The notes: generated from the sequence alone by a model not told the origin. DNA of 46,138 nt from Minisyncoccota bacterium (GCA_035548655.1 DASZSN010000028.1:1-46138); one strand, 5' to 3'. Numbered from the stretch's first letter, positions 8,119-18,063 are shown. Numbers and translations are program-made.

Positions 8119-11100
8119 TTACGCGTCGATGGTGAGCGTCGGCGCCGGTTCATTGAGTGTCGGGCATTGTATCTCGTTGATTCGGTGACGAGTCGTCTTG
8201 TAGACCCACCCAGTCGCTTGGTTGTTGTTCTTGAGTGTGATCCCCACCCATGGAGAGAGCACGTTATCTTTTTCCTTCAACTGAAATTGTTTGACCGCGT
8301 TGAAACTGTCTTTCCCAAAAATACCGTCGACGACAAGGTGCAGTCCGAGATAGGTGTTGAGGAACTGCTGAAGGCGAGAGACGTTGTCCTTGTCATTGTT
8401 CCCACCGAACTTGATGAAGTCAGTGAGATAGGCACTACAGGTGCTTTCACCCAATACTTGCCCTCCACCGGCAAATCCGAAGGAGCCGAATGTCGTGCCA
8501 CCGCTTCTTTCCTTGTTATCATCGGGGTTGTAACTATCCGGATTGTGCGCATTGCCATCGGTGTGACAGCCCGGATCAGCGCTATCGATCTTGCCATCAT
8601 GATCGTTGTCGATATCATCGGAACATTGCGGAAGGACCGTATCAACCGTTTTCTGTTCGTCGGTCGGTTCGAAGTCAAATGTTTTTGTATCTGTTCCGGA
8701 TCCACTGTCGATGCCAATAACAAATGCATCAATGTCTTCGGTGTAGCCGTCAGGATACGGTTCTCCAACGCGCATACCAAACCACGGATCACTTACTCGT
8801 ACTCGAATATTTGGATACGCCGCAAGGATATCGCTCCACGTTTGATACTGGGCACTCGAATTAGCAAATGGTGTCCCTGTTTGTGTAGGCCAAGATGAAG
8901 CTGATCCTCCACAACCAGTCATGCCGGACCAGCACCATAGTGCATTGCCGCTGTTTATTGCATCCCATGCTTGCCAACTATTTTGAATAACTGTTCCGTT
9001 TTGATCCGGAACAAACGCAAGTCGCTTTTGCCAGAGATCCGTTCCATCAAAATCAACATTGAAGTTGATGTACGCGGAACGATTGGCACTGCCGCCATTG
9101 CCTGCCGAAGGATTGTACGTACTAAATTTTAGCGTAGTGATATCGGAGAGTTTGACGCCGGCAAATTGATACGTTGCCAAGTTGCGACGTTCGTTGCCAG
9201 TGACACTTATTTGTGCACTTCCGTTCCCAAGCGGTGCCGTTGCCGGACCATCGACAAACGAACCGAGTGAATCATCGATCTGATCGTTCTCGTCGTTGTA
9301 GAAGAACCACTTTGTCGGATCATTTCCAACATCGGTGAGATTGGTCGCGAGATCAGCATCTTTCACCACGATAGTTTCTTCGGTGTTGTTCGGTTCTGAT
9401 TGCTGTTTCGTATTTGTAAAGGTGCAGGTGACTTCATCTCCCGGATGAACGGTCACTTGTTCTCCTTGCTCAACCGCTTGTCCAACGGACGCATCATCAT
9501 AGACACAGGATGCGCCGGAGAAATCCCAGCCGGAGGTATCACCTTCACTGATCGTGTACGATGTACCGCTTACTGCCGCCGGTACGTCAAATGTTTCTTG
9601 TGCACTTCCCTCTGTGGTCGCCAGATCAAATCCTTCATCTCCACCGAGACCGCTAAAGTGGAACGACCCGTTTCCACCAACAGTGTCTTTCACAACCGTG
9701 ATACTTGCCATTTTGTTGTAGGCAACACAGTGCGAAACTTCATTTGCAACAGAGAACGTTATTTCTTGATTGTCGTTGTCAGTCGGATTTGCATCTCCGT
9801 CTCCATAACAGTAGAGGCCGAGCATATCACTGCTTGGAAGCTGATTGCCATTGCTATCGAGTTCGGCAATGATGTAGCGCCCCGCAGTTGCGGCATCAGT
9901 AAGTGTCGTCACGCCGCTTTGATTGGTCGGACCAAAGTGCGTAAATGGTGTCTGGTCTCCATTAAGCCCAAGATACGGTCCGGTATCATTGGTGCTGTTG
10001 TTTGCATCATAGGTGTAACCAAATGACGCACCTGACTCTGGTACGCATCCGTTTGGAATAGTGTAATCTGCGTCATTGATATCCGTTCGGCTCGGACCGT
10101 TGTCGTCACGGTTGATTTGCGTTCCCGCCGGACACGTGTATTTGGTGATTTGAATCGTGCCGGTTGCAGGAGGAGTGGGTTGTCCGCACGGCTTGTTCAC
10201 GACGATGACATACGCATCAGCAGTGAGACCGGAGAAGTTCGGAGCTGTGGCGGTAAGTGCTGCGGATTCTGCATCGGAGAGACTCGTAAGCGACGACTTG
10301 TATCCTTCAAGTTGGTACTTCCCTTCCGGACAGCTTTGTGAATCAATCGGTTCAACTACACTCCCGTCGGTTATTTCCGATGTGGTGTAATCAGCAGGCG
10401 CCTGCATTGGGGATGTGTCGGCGGCATACTTGAGTGCCGCACCGCCGTGATTGTTTCCAAGCACATAGTCACCGCTCGTTGAAACACCGCCGTTTAAGTT
10501 CGCCGTTTGCCACGTCGCAGTCATCGGAAACGCCGGTGCGCCGGAATCGTCAGAGACTTGGCTCGTCATTTCGCCATTATCGAGGTATTTATAAATGTGT
10601 ACTTTGAGGAGGCTTGGCTGTGATCCTCCGCCGCATGTTTTGTTCCAGACGATGATGTATTGATTGCCGTCGATAGTAACGGAAGGAGTATCGGTCGTCA
10701 TTGTCGCACTTTCTGCGGCTTCAAGCGTCGAACCGGTAGTATATCCTTCGAGTGCATATGGTTTGCCGTCATCACAACTTGTACCGACAAGGTTTGAAGT
10801 CGTATCTTCATACGTCGAATAGGTACTCCCTGCGGTAATGGTGTTGGTTGATGCCTCATATGGCTGATCAGGAGTTGCCGAATTCCATCCGTTTGGATTG
10901 AGCGTAAACGGTGCGTTGTATGTCGGTGTAAACATCGGGAATGAAACGCCATTTACTGCATTGCTTGTTGCTTGCACGCCATCGACAAATTTGAAGATGT
11001 GCACTGCGCCATCGGTCGGCTCGTGTGTCGTCGGGTCGCCCATACAATTGAGCGAGATAGCATCGAGATAGCCTCCGTAACTCGTGTCAGTACCATTGTC

Positions 11101-13041
11101 ATAAAATTCAATTTTTGAAATCGAATTGTCGGCAACAAACGTTCGTGTAATCGGTTCCCACACAGTGTTGGTGTTGCTGGTACCGTCGGTACTCAAATCC
11201 GCGCCGAGCACTGAATCATCAACTTTTACTTGAATTGAGCTGTCAGCCGCATCGCGTCCGGGGCGAGGAGAATATTTAAAGCTCAATTGATATTCTTTCC
11301 CAGGAATTGTTGCGATGTTTTGCCAAATGGTGACCGGATGATCGCCGTCAAGTTCAGCAAGTTGGTTTCCCTCTGCAGGGTCGCCAACAACATGATTTTG
11401 TATTTCAAGACCAAGACGCCCATCGTCATGCGGGGTCACCCAACTTACAAGCCATCCGAGCACTGAGCTGGGATCGAGATTGATATCTTTGATGATGTCC
11501 CAACTACCAGATGTGAGTGCCGGTGCCTCAAACCCACCGTTTTCGAGAAGGTTTACACTAGGATCGCATTGGAGTGGTTGGGGTTGTGGTTCATCACAGA
11601 CTTGTTGTGTTGCCTCTACCGCATCAAGATCAAAGCCATCGGCGTCATTTGTCGTAAAGAGTGATGTGTCGGAGGTGTCAGTGATACGAACATATTTAAT
11701 CCATGCAAGACCGGTACTTGAGAAATCAATATCAGTGACTTTAGATGCGCTTGTATTGTCAGCAGTACCAGCAAGTTCCCATGTGCTTCCGTCTTGGCTA
11801 ACTTCGACAGTCGCCTTTTCAAGTGGATAAACACCGTTAGTTGCTTCGTGGATCGAAAGGTCAGGACCTGTTACATCAGGCACATATGAGTCAAAGGAGA
11901 GCGTTATCGATCCTCCAAATCCGAGACTGTAAAACCCGTTACTGCCACCGGAAGTCCAGTCAGAAGCGCCGAGCGCATCATCAGGATTGGAACGAGCGGC
12001 AAGCACTGCAGATCCGTCTTTGCGTGTACCTTGAGATGAGTCTACTACTGCATCTGCCCAACTACCATTTGGTTCATCAACACACTGTTGTGGAGATTCG
12101 ACTGGAACATTAAATCCGACGCAGTTGTACGTTTGTCCAGCTTGGACCGAATCGATTCTGTCGTAGTTGTCGTAGTTGAGCACGTCGCTATCGCAATAAA
12201 ATTCTGCAGAGACATCATCGTATGGAGATGAGACGCTTCCACTGAACGGAATGTACCCGTCTTGCGGTTCTTCTCGTACCCACAGCGCCGCCCCCGCAGG
12301 GACAGTTGCAGGCGAGCTCATTGAGAACTCTGTCCACGGACTACCGGCATCACCGATAGCATTATCACCGGGATTTCCCGCATCACTTGGCGCCCATTCA
12401 AAATTCCAATCGTCGGCGAGACGGCAGTGCCCATCACTTTGCGCCACCCAATCACTTGCGGTTGTTGCGGTAACATCAGGACCGCCTGAGCCCCAGTTCG
12501 GGAGATCACTCTCATCGTCACAGATTACTTTGGTTGCATCGACAGTCGCGGTCGTTGGGACCGGAACACACTGACCATCGACGAGTTGGTCGCTGTCCGG
12601 TACTGTTTTCTGGTATCCGTCTATGTTCGGACAAACGTCGTCGTCGTGGTGATCATCACCACCGCCATGGTCATCCCCGTGATGATTGTCATGATCATCG
12701 TTTGGATTGTGATCGCCGTTATTTCCGTGATCTTTGTTGTCATTTCCATTATCACCCTGGTGATTGTCGTTGTTATTGTTGTCATGATCGCCTTGGTTGT
12801 CGCCGTTGTGGTCACCATGAGAATTGCCGTCACCATTGTTGTCATGGGGATTGCCTTGGTTGTCGTCGTTGTTATTGTTGTTGTTCTGATTGTGTGGAGA
12901 ATTATCCCCCGAATTTCCTCCTTGCTGTGCGGATGCAGTCGCAAGTGGCAGTGCGGTGAAGGTGATAAGTGAAATAATCGTGAGAACGCCAACGACTCTG
13001 GCGGCCCAGTTTTTTCTATAAAAGATGGTGTGAGAATGCAT
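8119..13041 (-). CDS. Giant secreted wall-anchored multidomain protein (~1640 aa). It has a signal peptide, an Asp/His/Asn/Gly low-complexity tract, a DUF642/CBM-like domain, several prealbumin-like (SpaA/Cna-B-like) modules, a Ca-binding-like DxDxDxDG motif and a C-terminal PG-binding domain.
   Basis: The ORF is open from 8119 to 13158, but the best start is ATG 13041 (MHSHTIFYRKNWAARVVGVLTIISLITFTALPLATASA, a signal peptide). Recognisable motifs are LENGGFE...LEIQN...GNQLAELD...YQLSFKYSPRPG (DUF642-like), ...EVTCTFTNTK (prealbumin-fold style), CSDDIDNDHDGKIDSADPGC, and the C-terminal LQQFLNTYLGLHLVVDGIFGKDSFNAVKQFQ. Confidence 0.85.
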   Translation of the reverse strand: MHSHTIFYRKNWAARVVGVLTIISLITFTALPLATASAQQGGNSGDNSPHNQNNNNNNDDNQGNPHDNNGDGNSHGDHNGDNQGDHDNNNNDNHQGDNGNDNKDHGNNGDHNPNDDHDNHHGDDHGGGDDHHDDDVCPNIDGYQKTVPDSDQLVDGQCVPVPTTATVDATKVICDDESDLPNWGSGGPDVTATTASDWVAQSDGHCRLADDWNFEWAPSDAGNPGDNAIGDAGSPWTEFSMSSPATVPAGAALWVREEPQDGYIPFSGSVSSPYDDVSAEFYCDSDVLNYDNYDRIDSVQAGQTYNCVGFNVPVESPQQCVDEPNGSWADAVVDSSQGTRKDGSAVLAARSNPDDALGASDWTSGGSNGFYSLGFGGSITLSFDSYVPDVTGPDLSIHEATNGVYPLEKATVEVSQDGSTWELAGTADNTSASKVTDIDFSSTGLAWIKYVRITDTSDTSLFTTNDADGFDLDAVEATQQVCDEPQPQPLQCDPSVNLLENGGFEAPALTSGSWDIIKDINLDPSSVLGWLVSWVTPHDDGRLGLEIQNHVVGDPAEGNQLAELDGDHPVTIWQNIATIPGKEYQLSFKYSPRPGRDAADSSIQVKVDDSVLGADLSTDGTSNTNTVWEPITRTFVADNSISKIEFYDNGTDTSYGGYLDAISLNCMGDPTTHEPTDGAVHIFKFVDGVQATSNAVNGVSFPMFTPTYNAPFTLNPNGWNSATPDQPYEASTNTITAGSTYSTYEDTTSNLVGTSCDDGKPYALEGYTTGSTLEAAESATMTTDTPSVTIDGNQYIIVWNKTCGGGSQPSLLKVHIYKYLDNGEMTSQVSDDSGAPAFPMTATWQTANLNGGVSTSGDYVLGNNHGGAALKYAADTSPMQAPADYTTSEITDGSVVEPIDSQSCPEGKYQLEGYKSSLTSLSDAESAALTATAPNFSGLTADAYVIVVNKPCGQPTPPATGTIQITKYTCPAGTQINRDDNGPSRTDINDADYTIPNGCVPESGASFGYTYDANNSTNDTGPYLGLNGDQTPFTHFGPTNQSGVTTLTDAATAGRYIIAELDSNGNQLPSSDMLGLYCYGDGDANPTDNDNQEITFSVANEVSHCVAYNKMASITVVKDTVGGNGSFHFSGLGGDEGFDLATTEGSAQETFDVPAAVSGTSYTISEGDTSGWDFSGASCVYDDASVGQAVEQGEQVTVHPGDEVTCTFTNTKQQSEPNNTEETIVVKDADLATNLTDVGNDPTKWFFYNDENDQIDDSLGSFVDGPATAPLGNGSAQISVTGNERRNLATYQFAGVKLSDITTLKFSTYNPSAGNGGSANRSAYINFNVDFDGTDLWQKRLAFVPDQNGTVIQNSWQAWDAINSGNALWCWSGMTGCGGSASSWPTQTGTPFANSSAQYQTWSDILAAYPNIRVRVSDPWFGMRVGEPYPDGYTEDIDAFVIGIDSGSGTDTKTFDFEPTDEQKTVDTVLPQCSDDIDNDHDGKIDSADPGCHTDGNAHNPDSYNPDDNKERSGGTTFGSFGFAGGGQVLGESTCSAYLTDFIKFGGNNDKDNVSRLQQFLNTYLGLHLVVDGIFGKDSFNAVKQFQLKEKDNVLSPWVGITLKNNNQATGWVYKTTRHRINEIQCPTLNEPAPTLTIDA
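12637..12927 (-). repeat. Low-complexity coding tract: 97 codons built almost only from D, N, H, G and Q, with 14 His
   Basis: The translation is QQGGNSGDNSPHNQNNNNNNDDNQGNPHDNNGDGNSHGDHNGDNQGDHDNNNNDNHQGDNGNDNKDHGNNGDHNPNDDHDNHHGDDHGGGDDHHDDD. The other frames give poly-V and Cys/His artefact ORFs. Confidence 0.8.
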
Positions 13042-13213
13042 AAAAATAAATACAATAAATGCTACTAATAATCGACAATGGAAACGCCCAAGAGGAAGCA
13101 GGGTACATCGACGCCGACGTCCCTCGAAAGCTCTTATTGGCAAGACTAACACTGTCAATTTTCACTGTCAATACAAGAGTCTTCTGGATACTGTGCATGC
13201 ATAACCAAAGTGG

Positions 13214-13244
13214 CAAAACAGCCCCCTTTTGAGGGGCTTTTTTG
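13214..13244. terminator. Hairpin terminator downstream of secF
   Basis: The stem agcccc (13220-13225) pairs with ggggct (13233-13238), flanked by caaaac on the left and tttttt on the right. Confidence 0.6.
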
Positions 13245-13265
13245 CCGAAGGCGATTGTGGAAAGC

Positions 13266-14159
13266 TTACTTTTTCTTCGAGGATTTCTCCATGAGCACCA
13301 GGAGTGGGCTCGCAAGAAATATCGATGAGTACGTTCCGAAGAACATACCAATCGAGAGTGTGATGGCAAACAGTTGGGTACTCTTGGGGCCAAAGACCGC
13401 AAGAGAGACCACCATGATGAGCACCATGAGCGAAGTATTGATCGAACGAACGAATGTTTGCGAAAGACTCTTGCCTACCACATCACGAAACGGCATCCCG
13501 CGGTCGACGGTGATGTTCTCACGCACGCGATCAAAGACAACGATGGTATCCGCAATCGAAAGCGCGAGCGTCGTGAGCAGTGCGACGATAAAAAGCGTAT
13601 CGACTTCGGCACCAAGAAAGTGCGCGAGCAATGCGAACGCGCCGGATGGAATGACAACATCGTGGATAAGCGCGAGAATCACCGCAAAGGCGTACTTCCA
13701 TGACGAAACCGGCTTTGACACCTTTCGAAACGCATACGCCACAAAGAAAATAATGGCAACCAACACAAGGACGATAGAGACGATGGCCTTGTGCTTGAGC
13801 TCCGCTCCAACCGATGGACCGATGGAGGTAAAGCTCGTTTGTGTGGCGGGATATTTCCCCTTTTCTGACACCGCATCAATGACAGAGGCACGTTCTGTGT
13901 CGGTGAGGTCGCGCGTTTTTATTGAAACGCCATTCTCTCCGGTCGGCTGAACGAGCGCGCCGGTAAAGCCCGCGCTGACGAGGTCTTTTTGAATGGTGGT
14001 GATCTCCGGTCGAGTGCCGGTAAATGAAAGCTCAAGCGCGCTTCCGCCGGTAAAATCAATGCCGAGTTTCAAATGAAAGATTGCAATAGAAACAATCGCA
14101 AGCGCCACCAACGTGACTGAGATGCCGATAAATAATTTTTTGTATTTGATGACAAACAT
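13266..14159 (-). CDS. secF: Protein translocase subunit SecF
   Basis: An N-terminal TM helix is followed by GIDFTGGSALELSF and a C-terminal six-TM SecDF domain. The gene lies immediately downstream of secD. Confidence 0.92.
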   Translation of the reverse strand: MFVIKYKKLFIGISVTLVALAIVSIAIFHLKLGIDFTGGSALELSFTGTRPEITTIQKDLVSAGFTGALVQPTGENGVSIKTRDLTDTERASVIDAVSEKGKYPATQTSFTSIGPSVGAELKHKAIVSIVLVLVAIIFFVAYAFRKVSKPVSSWKYAFAVILALIHDVVIPSGAFALLAHFLGAEVDTLFIVALLTTLALSIADTIVVFDRVRENITVDRGMPFRDVVGKSLSQTFVRSINTSLMVLIMVVSLAVFGPKSTQLFAITLSIGMFFGTYSSIFLASPLLVLMEKSSKKK

Positions 14160-14168
14160 GATTGATCG

Positions 14169-15533
14169 TTATTTTGCTCTTTGATTTCTGGAAAATCCGC
14201 TACTAAAAAGTATCCTCCCCGCCCTTTTGCCTTCAAATGTAGGGAGCGCGCGCAACAAGACGCGTGTGATAGTGATCGCGGAGAGCAGACTGATAAAGAC
14301 ACCGAGTCCAAACGTAAGCGCAAATCCTTTGATCAGTGAGGTACCGAACCAGAACAAAATAATCGCGATGATGATGCTCCCGATGTTGGCATCCCGAATC
14401 GACGTCCACGCGCGATCAAACCCCGTCTCGATCGCCTCCGTCGTCTTTCGGCCGCGTGCACGCTCCTCGCGTGTTCGTTCAAAAATGAGAATGTTCGCGT
14501 CGACCGCCATTCCGATTGAGATGATAAATCCGGCGATACCTGCGGCGGTGAGTGTCACCGGAATGAGTTTGTAGAGCGTAAGCGTGATAGCACCATAGAT
14601 CGCAAGCGCAATCACCGAAACAAATCCGGGGAGACGATACCAGAGAATGAGGAACAACGCGATGATGAGAAATCCGACCACCGCCGCTTTGACACCGGCG
14701 TGCACCGCGGAGGCGCCAAGCACTGCGCCGATCGTTTGCGTTGAGGCGAGCGAGATCGGTACCGGAAGCGCGCCGGAGTTGAGGCGGCCGACAAGTGTCT
14801 TTGCTTCATCGGGGGTGAAGTTTCCGGAGATCTGCGCTTGGCCACCGGTAATCGCTTCCCGCACCACCGGGGCGGAGATCACTTGTCCGTCGAGATAAAT
14901 GGCGACCACTTTTCCGACGTTGTCTTTGGTGATTTGCGCGAAGAGTTTTGTTCCTTCGTCATTGAACTGCAGTGACACTACCGGTTCTCCGGTACTCGGG
15001 TTGAATTCAAGTGTCGCATGTTTGAGATATTTTCCGGTAAGTTGTGTCGGTACGAACGAGTCGCCCAGGTTGGCATTGAGTTGTACCTGGCCGTTTTTAT
15101 CGACGGTTGCTGTCTGCGGCTGCGGTTTTGCCGACTGCGTTCGAAACTCAAGGAACGGCGTTTGTCCGATCATCGCAATCGCTTTCGTAATATCGGTGAT
15201 ACCGGGAAGCTCGATCGAGAGACGGTGCTGTTTGGTTCCGCTCAAACTACTCGTTTCCACCTGCACGGTCGGTTCAGCGACACCAAAGAGATTGATGCGT
15301 CGTTCGATAACATCGCGAAGTGCGTTCATAGAATCCGTCACTTGACCGGCCGGAAGCTGACTGACATCCGCGTTGTACAACAGATGGCTTCCACCGGAGA
15401 GATCGAGCCCCAGATGGAACGGATGATTGGCAAGCCATGTCGGCGCATTCGCTTGTTGTGAGCGAAAAACACCGTAGGAGAGGATACTACCGAGAACCAG
15501 GACAATAATGGCAGTGATGTGTCGTTTCCGCAT
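14169..15533 (-). CDS. secD: Protein translocase subunit SecD
   Basis: Supporting motifs are LGLDLSGGSHLLY, a periplasmic P1-like head, GAVLGASAV... and a C-terminal TM bundle (FISIGMAVDANILIFERTREE). Confidence 0.92.
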   Translation of the reverse strand: MRKRHITAIIVLVLGSILSYGVFRSQQANAPTWLANHPFHLGLDLSGGSHLLYNADVSQLPAGQVTDSMNALRDVIERRINLFGVAEPTVQVETSSLSGTKQHRLSIELPGITDITKAIAMIGQTPFLEFRTQSAKPQPQTATVDKNGQVQLNANLGDSFVPTQLTGKYLKHATLEFNPSTGEPVVSLQFNDEGTKLFAQITKDNVGKVVAIYLDGQVISAPVVREAITGGQAQISGNFTPDEAKTLVGRLNSGALPVPISLASTQTIGAVLGASAVHAGVKAAVVGFLIIALFLILWYRLPGFVSVIALAIYGAITLTLYKLIPVTLTAAGIAGFIISIGMAVDANILIFERTREERARGRKTTEAIETGFDRAWTSIRDANIGSIIIAIILFWFGTSLIKGFALTFGLGVFISLLSAITITRVLLRALPTFEGKRAGRILFSSGFSRNQRAK

Positions 15534-15597
15534 AGAGATATGTGTTCGGTAGAGGCAATTCTAGCCGTTTTTCCCTTTTAATGCAAGGGTATTGTCA

Positions 15598-16146
15598 TTA
15601 CGCCACGTTGGAAAATTTTTTTGAAAAAATCACGTGAATGAACCTTGAAACGAGAAATCCGAGCGCCCACCCCGCAAGCACGTCCGATGGATAGTGCACC
15701 CCGACATAGATCCGCGATATGCCGACAAGAAGCGCATACACAATGAGCCACCACCCCAATCGACGGTGATAGAAAAACACCGCGGTCGCCATCGCCATTG
15801 CAACGGTCGCGTGACCTGACGGAAATGATTCGAACGCCGCGGCGTGCACCAGCTGATGCACGTGATCGAGGGTCACAAACGGTCTCGGTGCAGGAGTAAG
15901 CACCTTGAGAACGTACGTTGCCGCCCACGCGAGAAACGTCGACACAAGCACGCGCACCGCTTCCCCATCGCGCTCTAACATGCTCCGAGGAGACGATGCG
16001 TGTCGCGGCGCATAGATAAACAAATAATACATGAGTATCGCACCGACAATATAGAGTGCGTAGTTTGTAATAAAGACACCGCACCGATCAAGTGCTGATG
16101 AGCGTCCCGCGAGCGTATTGAAAAAATAAAAAATGGCAGTATTCAT
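15598..16146 (-). CDS. PAP2-family phosphatase (undecaprenyl-diphosphatase BcrC-like)
   Basis: The PAP2 motifs PSGHATVAMAMA and SRIYVGVHYPSDVLAG sit in a polytopic membrane protein. Confidence 0.85.
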   Translation of the reverse strand: MNTAIFYFFNTLAGRSSALDRCGVFITNYALYIVGAILMYYLFIYAPRHASSPRSMLERDGEAVRVLVSTFLAWAATYVLKVLTPAPRPFVTLDHVHQLVHAAAFESFPSGHATVAMAMATAVFFYHRRLGWWLIVYALLVGISRIYVGVHYPSDVLAGWALGFLVSRFIHVIFSKKFSNVA

Positions 16147-16148
16147 GA

Positions 16149-17273
16149 TTATGCGTATCCGAGAAATTCGTTATGTATGTCATCCGGATGAGTCGCGCGC
16201 TCATAACGCGCCATAGCAAGCACGATACCCAATCCGATGAATTCGCCGAGGAGATGTGAGCCGCCATAGCTCATAAACGGCAATGGAATGCCCGCAACCG
16301 GCATAACACCAAGATTCATCCCGATGTTGACCGCGATGTGCCCGAGCAAAAGTATGACAAATCCCACACAAAAGAGCGTCTCAAAGTTTGAAGCGCCGCG
16401 CTTGGCATGAAGCATGATGCGCCACAAGAGCACTCCGAAGCTCGCAAGTACGAGCACTGCCCCGAACAGTCCCCACTCTTCGGCAAACGCGGCAAAGATA
16501 AAGTCGGTTTGGTATTCGGGAAGATAGTTGAGACGACTTTGCGTCCCGTATCCAAATCCCTTTCCAAACACACCGCCGCTTCCCACCGCGATCATCGACT
16601 GGTATGCATTGTATCCAGATCCGCGAATGTCCGCGGCGGGATTGATAAAGTTGATAATACGATCCTTTTGATACGGCTTGAACAAAAATCCCCACGAGAA
16701 TGCAAATATCATCGCGCCGATACCAAAAACAAGGAGCATATGCCGTTTCGAAATGCCGGCAACAAGTGCCATCCCGAGCCACAGTGCGACAAAGACCATC
16801 GCGGAGCCAAAGTCCGGCTGTAAGAGAATGAGTCCGACCGGAAGCGCGATGTAGAGTGCGGAGATGAGCAAGTGGCGAATGCGGGCAATCTCAACGTGCC
16901 GTCGCCAAAAGTATTTTGCGAGCATGATGATGGCGAGTAGTTTGACGATATCGGTGGGTTGAAATGAGAACCATCCCAATCCAAACCAGCTTCTGGATCC
17001 TTTGACCGTTTTTCCCGCGACAAGCACCAAGATAAGAAGCGTAAGCGAAAGTCCGTACGCGAGCATGATGTAGCGCGAGTCACGCAAGAAACGAACGTCT
17101 ATATGCGCAATCAAAAACATCAAAAGAAACCCGACCGCAAGCCACAACAACTGGCGATGAAAGGTCGTCGACGGGCCGGCGAAGCTCGTCATCGTCGCAA
17201 GCCCGGCAAGTGCAATCGGGATGATTGATCCGACAAGCACCCAGTCAATTCCTCCGGTGATGCGCCGTATCAT
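16149..17273 (-). CDS. SEDS-family peptidoglycan glycosyltransferase (FtsW/RodA/SpoVE)
   Basis: The protein has about 10 TM segments. Conserved blocks are QPTDIVKL, LQPDFGSAMV, GSGYNAYQSMIAVGSGGVFGKGFG...LPEYQTDFIFA and GVMPVAGIPLPFMSYGGS. Confidence 0.9.
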   Translation of the reverse strand: MIRRITGGIDWVLVGSIIPIALAGLATMTSFAGPSTTFHRQLLWLAVGFLLMFLIAHIDVRFLRDSRYIMLAYGLSLTLLILVLVAGKTVKGSRSWFGLGWFSFQPTDIVKLLAIIMLAKYFWRRHVEIARIRHLLISALYIALPVGLILLQPDFGSAMVFVALWLGMALVAGISKRHMLLVFGIGAMIFAFSWGFLFKPYQKDRIINFINPAADIRGSGYNAYQSMIAVGSGGVFGKGFGYGTQSRLNYLPEYQTDFIFAAFAEEWGLFGAVLVLASFGVLLWRIMLHAKRGASNFETLFCVGFVILLLGHIAVNIGMNLGVMPVAGIPLPFMSYGGSHLLGEFIGLGIVLAMARYERATHPDDIHNEFLGYA

Positions 17274-18049
17274 AGTGCTTGCGCGTTAAACGGATTGAAT
17301 CGTGGAATCACTTCGACGCGTGCGGTCTGGTCTTTGAACTCTTGCGGCCAAGTGAAATAAACCGTCGCATTTCCCTGCGCGTCGAGTGACGCGAGGAATG
17401 ATTTTGAAACAGCAATCGCATTGTCGTCCTTGTCGTAGAGAATAGCGACGATATCCATGTCGGCAAATGCAAACCGTGATTGGTTTTCGAGTGTCACCGT
17501 AAGACGCGTTCCCTGCGGTATGGACTCGAGAAGCTGTCGATCGGTTTTGATGACGACGCTCGAAAATGATGAGGGAATCTTTTCCCATGGTACCGGTTGC
17601 GTGAAAGAAAATTGCACGGTGACGGGATTTGTATTGCCGACCGAAATCAACGTTTCGACGATCGCAGTGCGACCAAACGGTCCGATGAACGTCGTCCCAT
17701 CGCGAGTCGCGACGAGATTGTTTTTGTCATCGTAGAGTTTGAACTCATACGATGCCGCGCGAGATGCGGCGCCGGGGTTGCTATGTTCGATATACGCAAT
17801 CGCGTGCACAACACCGGGAGCGACCGTGAAGATGCGGCTCCAACGGACTTTCGGATCGGGAAGCTGATCGGGGCAATACTGCTGACATCCGCCGCCGCAG
17901 TCGACTCCGGTTTCAGCGCCATTTTGTTTATGGTCGAAACAGGTCGGCACCGTCGTCGTTGTTTTGTGTACAAAAAGCCCGACGATCACCGCAATGATGA
18001 CGAGGAAGTAAAAAAAGTAGAGAAGCTGTCTGCGAGATGACCATGACAT
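17270..18049 (-). CDS. Membrane-anchored hypothetical protein with a Cys-rich CxDxxQNGxExGVDCGGxC motif
   Basis: An N-terminal TM helix is followed by CFDHKQNGAETGVDCGGGCQQYC and a beta-rich domain. The ORF overlaps the SEDS gene start by 4 nt, which suggests an operon. Confidence 0.65.
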   Translation of the reverse strand: MSWSSRRQLLYFFYFLVIIAVIVGLFVHKTTTTVPTCFDHKQNGAETGVDCGGGCQQYCPDQLPDPKVRWSRIFTVAPGVVHAIAYIEHSNPGAASRAASYEFKLYDDKNNLVATRDGTTFIGPFGRTAIVETLISVGNTNPVTVQFSFTQPVPWEKIPSSFSSVVIKTDRQLLESIPQGTRLTVTLENQSRFAFADMDIVAILYDKDDNAIAVSKSFLASLDAQGNATVYFTWPQEFKDQTARVEVIPRFNPFNAQAL

Positions 18050-18063
18050 CCGCTTAGTATAGC

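Noticed and set aside
8116-12972. Many ORFs overlapping the giant gene (e.g. 8116..8898 +, 9400..10026 +, 12534..12959 +, 12586..12972 +, 12621..13055 -)
   Set aside because: All lie antisense or out of frame to the 1640-aa ORF. Their products are Cys/Arg/His-rich or poly-Val mirror images of its low-complexity codons, and none has motifs or signals of its own.
8119-13041. Diversity-generating retroelement target or variable repeat in the surface proteins
   Set aside because: There is no reverse transcriptase gene, and I found no template/variable repeat pair (a near-identical ~100-bp duplicate with A-specific mismatches) in the window.
13150-13172. Tandem cactgtcaat repeats (two TTGACA boxes 13 bp apart) upstream of the giant gene
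   Set aside because: They are plausibly promoter -35 boxes or an operator, but neither has a convincing -10 at the right spacing (TAGTCT or TAAGAG at best). I could not support a specific call.
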